Sequence record: KX452698
Strand: one strand, 5' to 3'
From: Shigella phage KNP5
DNA: 64,000 nt
This document shows, piece after piece, positions 57,045 through 64,000 of this stretch (within the stretch, counting starts at the first letter, position 1; each line of letters opens with the position of its first letter). The notes below the pieces were generated by a model. That model was not told where the DNA came from. It made no database searches and saw only the letters and a list, made by a program, of their open reading frames with translations. A program made the position numbers and the translations under genes.

Positions 57045-57281
57045 TTAACCACCTATTTGTGTAGGCGTAAACATTGCAGCATTCTTAGTTTTCCAATCAG
57101 CTGCATCAGAAACTACGGTAGAATATGCTGCCTTTTCAGAAGGAAAGATCTGATAATGAGAATCTGCGATACGATGCTCGTTAGAATAAATTTCAAACGG
57201 AACAGAAACTTCCATACCTTTAACTTCTTTGCCTTCACCTGCTGGATGAGTAAAGGTCTTGATGTTAACGAAACCACCCAT
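57045..57281 (-). CDS. soc: small outer capsid protein Soc (diverged from T4)
   Basis: 78-aa ORF with AAGGAG Shine-Dalgarno; shares ..VNIKTF..HYQ.FPSEKAAYSTV.. with T4 Soc as recalled; late promoter upstream and terminator downstream. Confidence 0.7.
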   Translation of the reverse strand: MGGFVNIKTFTHPAGEGKEVKGMEVSVPFEIYSNEHRIADSHYQIFPSEKAAYSTVVSDAADWKTKNAAMFTPTQIGG

Positions 57282-57312
57282 AATAAACTCCTTTATTGTT
57301 TAATTACAGGTG

Positions 57313-57320
57313 TATTTATA
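57313..57320 (-). promoter_or_regulatory. late promoter TATAAATA (soc)
   Basis: Plus tatttata = TATAAATA on the minus strand, 32 nt upstream of the soc ATG. Confidence 0.65.
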
Positions 57321-57323
57321 TCA

Positions 57324-57842
57324 TCAATAACCTCGGTCTTGACGAGCGAAGTTTTCAGCATTTTTCAGATAATAAAGTTTAAAGATTTCTTCAGCAGTAA
57401 GACCGAGACCTTGGAACATGTTCAGAACGAAATGAAGAATATCAATCATTTCGAATTTAATTTCCAACTGGTCTTGTGGAGACAAATCAGTAATTAAAGT
57501 TTCACGGCGTTCACCATGCTGTGACTTCCAAGGTTTCCATACAGCAGATGCATCTTTTTCACCATTACTCATACCACCAAGAGAAGTCAGTAGTTCGCGG
57601 AATTCATCATCAATATAATCTTTCTGATTACGCAACCAATCAACAACTTCACCTGCAGTAGCCAAATCATCAGGATGACGGTTATATTCAGGTTTATCTT
57701 TAGCTAAACGAACCTGTAGAGATTTCTGCATATCAAGCATAACCTGCAGCGGGTCTTTTTCATCACCGAGAATATCCCAGTATTCATTTTGAGCTTTATC
57801 AGCGCCTTCAATCAGTTGTGAACATTCATTAAAGTATGCCAT
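57324..57842 (-). CDS. 56: dCTPase/dUTPase gp56
   Basis: ATG at 57842 (AAAGGA Shine-Dalgarno) gives MAYFNECSQLIEGADKAQNEYWDILGDEK... (172 aa; T4 gp56 171 aa). The track ORF starts 31 codons upstream. Confidence 0.8.
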   Translation of the reverse strand: MAYFNECSQLIEGADKAQNEYWDILGDEKDPLQVMLDMQKSLQVRLAKDKPEYNRHPDDLATAGEVVDWLRNQKDYIDDEFRELLTSLGGMSNGEKDASAVWKPWKSQHGERRETLITDLSPQDQLEIKFEMIDILHFVLNMFQGLGLTAEEIFKLYYLKNAENFARQDRGY

Positions 57843-57913
57843 TATTTTTCCTTTCAATTCATGGGTTAGTAGATTAATTATACAATAAATATATAAAGCA
57901 ATAAGGAGGACAT

Positions 57914-58114
57914 ATGGTACAAAAATTAATGGCACTTGTTAATGCCATAAAAGGTAATAAGAAACGTATAGCTTTTACTATTTCTGCTATGGTAGGAATT
58001 TTACTCTGGAATTTTGTTTTATCGCCAATTGCTATTGCTCATGGCGTTAATATTCCAGTAATTACTCTTGATACATTCGTAGATTTAGCATTTGCTTTAG
58101 TTGGGTTAATTTAA
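57914..58114 (+). CDS. small membrane protein on the opposite strand
   Basis: 66-aa ORF with strong AGGAGG Shine-Dalgarno 4 nt before the ATG; one hydrophobic helix; stop codon overlaps the convergent gene 61 stop. Confidence 0.5.
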   Translation: MVQKLMALVNAIKGNKKRIAFTISAMVGILLWNFVLSPIAIAHGVNIPVITLDTFVDLAFALVGLI

Positions 58115-59139
58115 ATCTTAGCATATTTAGATAGCCGCATTTTAGCCATCAACCCTTGAGCAATATTATTTTTCATATATTCCATAATTTGTTTAGGGGT
58201 TGCACCTTCCTTTCTAATCATATCATTAACATCTTTTGATTTCCAGGGGGATTTATCCCAAAACATAACCCTTTCTCCTGCATCAACCAATTTAGTCATT
58301 CGTTTAATAGTGTCAGGGTGACGAGGTTCATTATCTAAAACCCATACACGTCTATCTTTAAATGGAACAATTTCTAGGTCTAATTGACCACCCGTAATAG
58401 CTATACCATTTTCAATAAAAAGTGAATCTATAGGTCCTTCTAGAACATATACATCACCATCTTTGACTCGTTCGACTCCATATATTTTTGTTGCCTCAGG
58501 ATAAGCTTTGATGGTGATATATTTTTGAGGAGCATCTTTCTTTAGTGCACGTCCTTGAAAAGACTCAGCTTTTCCGTTAGCATTATAAATTGGAATAACA
58601 AGACGAGGCTCAGGTATTTCCTTTTTATATGTTCCTGGCGCTATACTATTAACTAATTTAGGCCATTCGGTTGTAAACCAAAGATATTTCCATTTATCCT
58701 TTGGAATACAACGAGCTTTTACATATTTTATAATTGGATGGTCTTCCGCCAATTTATCTAATCTGATGCATGACGGAAGAGATTTAATTATTTTCTTCTC
58801 AGGTTGTTTAGGAAGTTCTTTAGGTTTTTCTACTGGACGACTTTTACCTTTTTCTTTTCTTATTTCAAAGATATACTCACGATATAAATCAGGTTCAAAC
58901 TCCTTTAAATATATTCCGATTGGTGCATGATAGTTGCAGTTATAACAATGAATATTTCCTTCATTATTATCACCATAATACCATCCACGGGCTTTATTTT
59001 GGTCGGTTTTTGAATCTCCACAAACAGGACATCTAAACCGTAATTTAAAAGTTGAACTATTATTTACTTGTGCAAATTTAGGTAAATGAGCCAATGCACG
59101 GTATGCAAACTCATTATCAATCCAAGGTATTGATGACAT
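58111..59139 (-). CDS. 61: DNA primase gp61
   Basis: 342-aa ORF with N-terminal zinc-ribbon cysteines (CPVCGDS...CYNCNYH) and TOPRIM-like region; length equals T4 gp61. Confidence 0.9.
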   Translation of the reverse strand: MSSIPWIDNEFAYRALAHLPKFAQVNNSSTFKLRFRCPVCGDSKTDQNKARGWYYGDNNEGNIHCYNCNYHAPIGIYLKEFEPDLYREYIFEIRKEKGKSRPVEKPKELPKQPEKKIIKSLPSCIRLDKLAEDHPIIKYVKARCIPKDKWKYLWFTTEWPKLVNSIAPGTYKKEIPEPRLVIPIYNANGKAESFQGRALKKDAPQKYITIKAYPEATKIYGVERVKDGDVYVLEGPIDSLFIENGIAITGGQLDLEIVPFKDRRVWVLDNEPRHPDTIKRMTKLVDAGERVMFWDKSPWKSKDVNDMIRKEGATPKQIMEYMKNNIAQGLMAKMRLSKYAKI

Positions 59140-59141
59140 TT

Positions 59142-59306
59142 TTACTCTTCTTTTTCTTTAGATTCCTCTTTTTTCTTTTTAGGAATCTGTTCAGGACCTT
59201 TATTTACTACAGCGCCTGACGTTGTTCCAGTGGAGATATTTTCAGGATTACCACCTGAATCTCCAGCGACCATATCTTCTTTAATAAATTCTTTAAACGT
59301 TTTCAT
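59142..59306 (-). CDS. hypothetical protein (61.1 position, 54 aa)
   Basis: Hand-translated MKTFKEFIKEDMVAGDSGGNPENISTGTTSGAVVNKGPEQIPKKKKEESKEKEE. Below the track threshold. Confidence 0.45.
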   Translation of the reverse strand: MKTFKEFIKEDMVAGDSGGNPENISTGTTSGAVVNKGPEQIPKKKKEESKEKEE

Positions 59307-59318
59307 ATTAGCCTCTAA

Positions 59319-59612
59319 TTATTCACCTACCACTTCAGCGATGATATTTTTATTATTAAAGTTTTTATCGCAATACAGAACATAATTATACTGCATTACA
59401 CCACCAGACTTAAGCTGTTTTTGCACTTCAGCTTTCATTTCAGGACGGTCACGCTCAACGATATTCATAATATCTGCTTCAATTTGAGTTTCAACTTCAG
59501 TCTGATCTGCAGTCATAGACCATTCACACAAATCTTTGTCATAACCCGCCATAGCAGGCTGAGCAGCACAAGAAGATAAAGCAAAAATTGTAGCAAAGAT
59601 AAATTTTTTCAT
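59319..59612 (-). CDS. sp: Spackle periplasmic protein
   Basis: 97-aa ORF with signal peptide MKKFIFATIFALSSCAAQPAMA; matches T4 Sp in length and sequence as recalled. Confidence 0.8.
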   Translation of the reverse strand: MKKFIFATIFALSSCAAQPAMAGYDKDLCEWSMTADQTEVETQIEADIMNIVERDRPEMKAEVQKQLKSGGVMQYNYVLYCDKNFNNKNIIAEVVGE

Positions 59613-59638
59613 GATAATCTCCTCAGTAGTTTATGTTT

Positions 59639-59668
59639 ATAGTATCTCAATTTCCAATAAAAGTAAAC
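59639..59668 (-). promoter_or_regulatory. T4-type early promoter (GTTTAC-N18-TACTAT)
   Basis: Verified on the minus strand upstream of sp. Confidence 0.5.
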
Positions 59669-59670
59669 AA

Positions 59671-59970
59671 TTATTTTAAAACTTCTGCATAATCACATGT
59701 TACAAACTGTTTCTCTAACTTGACGATTTTACGAAAGTATCTTTTGCATTGGCGAATCTGTCGCTTCGTAGGGCGCACAGCAAACTTAATAAATTCTACT
59801 CGACCAGATGGAGGACTTTCTTCTGGTGGAATATCTAATACCAATTCCCACGTATCTGCAATAAGTGCTTTGAATTGAGTATTTTTCCTGACGTTATACG
59901 GTGTAGGTTTAAATAAAACAATATGCATATTATCCTCGGCAATCCACTTCGCATACTTTCTTGTCATCAA
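59671..59970 (-). CDS. hypothetical basic protein (61.2 position)
   Basis: 99-aa ORF. Confidence 0.5.
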   Translation of the reverse strand: MMTRKYAKWIAEDNMHIVLFKPTPYNVRKNTQFKALIADTWELVLDIPPEESPPSGRVEFIKFAVRPTKRQIRQCKRYFRKIVKLEKQFVTCDYAEVLK

Positions 59971-60112
59971 TGAAAGCTTTAACTAATGCTTTATTAACTT
60001 CAGCATATTGAGTAGTAGCCCATTGAACGTCATCTTTCATCATTGTGATTTCTTTAGTAAACATGCTTTCATTCTTAAACCACCCCATAAAAACTACCTT
60101 TACCAATTCCAT
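59930..60112 (-). CDS. dmd: Dmd, antitoxin against host RnlA/LsoA RNase toxins
   Basis: 60-aa ORF MELVKVVFMGWFKNESMFTKEITMMKDDVQWATTQYAEVNKALVKAFIDDKKVCEVDCRG; matches T4 Dmd as recalled. Confidence 0.85.
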   Translation of the reverse strand: MELVKVVFMGWFKNESMFTKEITMMKDDVQWATTQYAEVNKALVKAFIDDKKVCEVDCRG

Positions 60113-60170
60113 AACAATCTCCTCATTTAACCAACAAGACTACTATACCATAGTCTTGTCGGCTTGTAAA

Positions 60171-61598
60171 CTAAAATTTTAATTCATTTGCCAAAGCATC
60201 TAACTGAGCTCGAGCAGATTCGTTTCTTTGATAGCGATTCTGCTCAGCCTGAATCTGCTGTGAACCTGCTACTTCGTTCACTTCAGTTGGAGTAGAATCT
60301 TGTTCAATTTCTACCCATTTCTGATTTCCTTTTTGAACACCCATCAAAAACTTATTCCATTTATTCTTATCACCGTATCGTGATTTGATTTGCTTAATGA
60401 GTTGTTGTTCAGCAGCTGCTAGCTCCTCGGTTTCAATGACCGCAAGCATAAAATCAGCTGTTGCTGGAAGACCGGCAGATTCTGCAATATCGCTCATGTT
60501 AACATCAGAAGAATCCCAAGCTTGCTTACCAACCTGTGCTGCGGTCCAAAGAACAGTTTCGGTTTCAACAGCCAGAGCGCGCAATTCCTCTGCAATAGCT
60601 TTAACAGTCGTGTAACTATTTTCTGAATAAACTCTAATGCGGCAAGATTTACAAATACCCAGATAGTCAACAATAATGATTGTTGGAACAAAATTCTTCT
60701 TGAGCTTCAATTCGTTCAAAAGCGACCGAAATGTATTAGCGTCTGCTCCACCAGTAGGATATTGCTTAACGATTAAACGACCGAGAGTAGATTTCTCACG
60801 CCATTTTTCCATTTTTCCTTTATACTCAGCGTAAGAAATATGCCCGTCATCAATGTCATCAAGAGAAACATCAAGCATATTAGCGTCAATACGCTTAGCA
60901 CAAACTTCTTCTGCCATTTCCATGGAAATGTAAAGAACATTATGTCCGAGCTGCAAATAATCTGCTGCCAATGAACACAGACCTAATGACTTACCGACGT
61001 TAACACCAGCCATTAAAACGTTCAGTGTTCCAGTTTCAGCTCCGCCTTTAGTAATTTTATTTAGAATTTTGAGTTTAAATGGAACCTTACGAGCTTTATT
61101 CATATAAGATAGCCAACGTGCTTCGTAGTCATCCATCCAATCATGACCAACGTAGCTATCAAATGAAATTGATAATGCTTGGCGCATGATGTCAGGAATA
61201 GCACCTACATCTGGCATTTTCTTATTTCGTTTTTCCGGAGGAAGCTCAGCATTAGTTTGAATTTCAATTATTTTAGACGTAGCATTAAACATCGCCCTTT
61301 GCTGAACATATTTTTCTGTTTCTTTTACTAACCAGCTGTGGTCTTCTGGAGAATCGGCTAGTTTCGAAATAAGTGTTTTTACACCAGAATATTCTGTTTC
61401 AGTAAATGAACTATTTTCTAATGCAACATTTAACGCATTAATAGATGGAACGCTATGGTACTCATTAACATGAGATTTAATTAATTTGAATGTATTTTTA
61501 GCTGGACCACTTTCAAAATATTCTGAATCCATATATGGCCAAACTTTTGAAAAATAAGCTTGATCAAATATGAGATGAGAAAGAATAATTTCTACCAC
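60171..61598 (-). CDS. 41: replicative DNA helicase gp41 (DnaB-like)
   Basis: 475-aa ORF with Walker A GVNVGKS; length equals T4 gp41. Confidence 0.9.
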   Translation of the reverse strand: MVEIILSHLIFDQAYFSKVWPYMDSEYFESGPAKNTFKLIKSHVNEYHSVPSINALNVALENSSFTETEYSGVKTLISKLADSPEDHSWLVKETEKYVQQRAMFNATSKIIEIQTNAELPPEKRNKKMPDVGAIPDIMRQALSISFDSYVGHDWMDDYEARWLSYMNKARKVPFKLKILNKITKGGAETGTLNVLMAGVNVGKSLGLCSLAADYLQLGHNVLYISMEMAEEVCAKRIDANMLDVSLDDIDDGHISYAEYKGKMEKWREKSTLGRLIVKQYPTGGADANTFRSLLNELKLKKNFVPTIIIVDYLGICKSCRIRVYSENSYTTVKAIAEELRALAVETETVLWTAAQVGKQAWDSSDVNMSDIAESAGLPATADFMLAVIETEELAAAEQQLIKQIKSRYGDKNKWNKFLMGVQKGNQKWVEIEQDSTPTEVNEVAGSQQIQAEQNRYQRNESARAQLDALANELKF

Positions 61599-61607
61599 AC
61601 TTACTCC

Positions 61608-61970
61608 TTAAAAGAATTTAAATTTTTTCTTTGACCTTTTATTAAATGCATCTTGTAGTTGCATTGTAATACATTTTTCTACATGAGGAGCTAACTCAGC
61701 TTTTCTTTCTTGGTCAAGAACAGCAAAGTCCATTACGACTTTTCCATCAACCCAATCTAATTTTGTCACATACACAATGTGTGTAGAACCGTCTTCTAGT
61801 TTAATGACAATCTCCTGGATAACATTTTCCATGGCAGATTTAATTATCTTAAGAGATTCATTAAAAAGACGTTCTTTTCTTTCTTCTTCCCCCTCCGAAG
61901 AGGGGGATTCGTCGATAATTTCTAGATCTAAATCTAAATCATCTTTATTCATTAAATTCTTCCATATCAC
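61608..61970 (-). CDS. 40: gene 40-like protein (head vertex assembly), by position
   Basis: 120-aa acidic ORF between 41 and uvsX. Confidence 0.55.
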   Translation of the reverse strand: MIWKNLMNKDDLDLDLEIIDESPSSEGEEERKERLFNESLKIIKSAMENVIQEIVIKLEDGSTHIVYVTKLDWVDGKVVMDFAVLDQERKAELAPHVEKCITMQLQDAFNKRSKKKFKFF

Positions 61971-63126
61971 TTAACTGATCTAGGTCAGTTTCTAAATCAG
62001 CTGCTGATTTACTTTTACTTTCTGGAGATTTAAATTTTTCAACCTTTGAGTTAATCAATTCATCAACTTCAGCTTCAACAATTTCATTACTATCAATAGC
62101 ACCTAACTGATAAGCACGTTTAATAGCATCTCGGAATGGTTGATGCTTAAATAAAGGACCCCAGAATGTAGTGCAGTTGGTATCTTTTGCACGCCAAGAT
62201 TTTTCTTCGCGAATCATCTCACCGGTTTCTTCGTCAAGAAATTCACGAGCATACCAGCCATTTTTAGGTTTTACCACAAATCCTAATTCAAGAGCCATAT
62301 CTAACAATCCAGAATAAGGATCGATACCACCGTCAAATTTAACATCAATAAAGAATTTACTTTTTTCTTTAACGGTACGAGATTTTTCTACATTTAGAAC
62401 AAATTGATACCCCTGAAGATCAGAACCATCTTTAATCTGGCGCTTACCGATAATGAATACAGTATCAGCCGAATACATTACGCCTGTACCACCTGTCATC
62501 ACGGTTTTACTAAACATTTCAATTGTTTCAATTGTATGGTTAACCGCAACACATGGAATGTTTTTAATACTAAAATAAGGAGTAACAATACGGAATAATG
62601 ACTTCAGTGATTTAGCACGAGTCATATCTGCCACAGATTTTTCATTCAAGGCATCTTCCGTTTCTTTCTTAGAAGCCATATTACCGATTGAGTCGATGAA
62701 TACAATAACTTTTTCACCACGCTCAATAGCTTCAAGCTGATTCACCATATCAATTTTCAGCTGTTCAACTGACTGGATTGGTGTATGAATTACTCGTTCC
62801 GGGTCAACTCCCATGGATCGCAAATAAGCTGGAGTAATACCAAATTCGCTATCATAAAATAGACAAACCGCGTCAGGATATTTGTTCAAATACGCCGCAA
62901 CCATAGTCAAAGACATATTTGATTTAAAGTGTTTAGAAGGACCTGCAAAAATGGTTAAACCAGACTGCATACCACCATCAATCGCACCAGAAATAGCGAT
63001 ATTAAGCATTGGAATTTTTGTACGGATTACATCCTTTTCATTAAAGAATTTAGATGTAGTCAGTTCAGCAGTCATTTTAGAAGTGGAAGCTTTAATCAAA
63101 CGGGATTTTAAATCTGCAATAGACAT
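61945..63126 (-). CDS. uvsX: UvsX recombinase (RecA-like)
   Basis: 393-aa ORF with Walker A GPSKHFKS; C-terminal 2/3 near-identical to T4 UvsX as recalled. Confidence 0.9.
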   Translation of the reverse strand: MSIADLKSRLIKASTSKMTAELTTSKFFNEKDVIRTKIPMLNIAISGAIDGGMQSGLTIFAGPSKHFKSNMSLTMVAAYLNKYPDAVCLFYDSEFGITPAYLRSMGVDPERVIHTPIQSVEQLKIDMVNQLEAIERGEKVIVFIDSIGNMASKKETEDALNEKSVADMTRAKSLKSLFRIVTPYFSIKNIPCVAVNHTIETIEMFSKTVMTGGTGVMYSADTVFIIGKRQIKDGSDLQGYQFVLNVEKSRTVKEKSKFFIDVKFDGGIDPYSGLLDMALELGFVVKPKNGWYAREFLDEETGEMIREEKSWRAKDTNCTTFWGPLFKHQPFRDAIKRAYQLGAIDSNEIVEAEVDELINSKVEKFKSPESKSKSAADLETDLDQLSDMEEFNE

Positions 63127-63203
63127 TCATTTTTTCCATAGGCAACATTATATTTTCCTCACTGGTTAAAGATAGAGTAATTATAACACAATAAATTTAG
63201 GCA

Positions 63204-64000
63204 TTAATCAACTGCTATTGGATGAATAGCATTAAACTTATGAAACGCTTCTGATTTTTCTTTGCGTGAAACACACATGCGAAGAACCTTTAATGGCTCG
63301 TCTTCTTCACCCAACGATTTTCTCTTTTCAATATTCGATGTTTTCCAACGAGCTTGCTCTGGAAACTCTCTATTGATTTGCTCAAGAGCTCTATTATGTT
63401 TTGAATTACTACGAATTGAACTACATCCGCCAGGAGCCTGTGCTTTTCCAGACACAACCAGATATTTGAACAAGGCCAAATGCGGATAACCTTGATTAAT
63501 TAAATTGAGAAATGCATACATATCTTCGCATAAATCAATTTTTCCATACCCAATTTGTTCTGTTGTAAGTTTCCCGAGGTCATACCAAGTATTCGTGAAT
63601 CCATATGAATTTTCACGATAATTACCCCAAGATGAAGTAATTTTAAAAATAGGTAGACGAGCATGACCGTGATAATACCCGCAATCCATGGCATCTTCAA
63701 CGTATTGAATCAATTCATAGAACTGTTCACGAGTTAACTGATTAATTTTATCTACGCAGCGACGATCATCTTTCTTTCGCATTGAACTCATACGAATAGT
63801 AGTATCATCATCAATCATCCAGATTCGTTGACCTGCATACATATCAGTAATTGCTTTACGAGTACCAGCAATTCCATTAACATCATCAGGAATAGTTATA
63901 ATTTTAGCTCTAGACCCATAAGCGTCATAATAAGCTTTTTCTTCATGTTCACGTACTACAATATGAGGTTCATAATCAGTCGGAAACATATCAAGGGCAG
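63204..64000 (-). CDS. putative DNA-modifying glycosyltransferase (partial; N-terminus beyond window end)
   Basis: ORF at the position of T4 beta-gt but unlike T4 beta-gt as recalled; contains a DxD-like motif (WMIDDDTTI). Frame stays open upstream of the ATG at 63989 to the window end. Confidence 0.45.
   Translation of the reverse strand, partial: ALDMFPTDYEPHIVVREHEEKAYYDAYGSRAKIITIPDDVNGIAGTRKAITDMYAGQRIWMIDDDTTIRMSSMRKKDDRRCVDKINQLTREQFYELIQYVEDAMDCGYYHGHARLPIFKITSSWGNYRENSYGFTNTWYDLGKLTTEQIGYGKIDLCEDMYAFLNLINQGYPHLALFKYLVVSGKAQAPGGCSSIRSNSKHNRALEQINREFPEQARWKTSNIEKRKSLGEEDEPLKVLRMCVSRKEKSEAFHKFNAIHPIAVD

Overview
This window is a contiguous segment of a T-even (T4-like, Tequatrovirus-type) coliphage genome. 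Gene order is syntenic with T4 from DNA ligase (gene 30, partial) through rIII, 31, cd, pseT, alc, rnlA, denA, nrdB, nrdA, td, frd, 32, 59, 33, dsbA, rnh, the late long-tail-fibre operon (34-35-36-37-38-t, plus strand), asiA, arn, motA, 52, ac, stp, ndd, denB, rIIB, rIIA, 39, motB, dexA, dda, srd, modA/modB, soc, 56, 61, sp, dmd, 41, 40 and uvsX, ending in a partial glycosyltransferase. Early and middle genes are on the minus strand with ATGA/TAATG-coupled junctions, T4-type early promoters (GTTTAC -35), TATAAATA late promoters and GC-rich hairpin terminators. It is not the T4 reference: gene 39 is one fused ORF, td and nrdB are uninterrupted, gp38 is the glycine-rich adhesin type, and Soc and the td C-terminus are diverged. 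All identifications rest on hand translation and recalled T4 protein sequences; no database search was run. I found no evidence of a non-T-even multi-gene system (no CRISPR, integrase, transposase or tRNA). The points most worth follow-up are an in-frame ochre codon in arn, a 355-bp non-coding island before rIII, an extra coupled ORF between frd and td, a plus-strand small membrane ORF where I recall T4 carrying dam, and several blocks of unknown ORFs in the usual hyperplastic positions.
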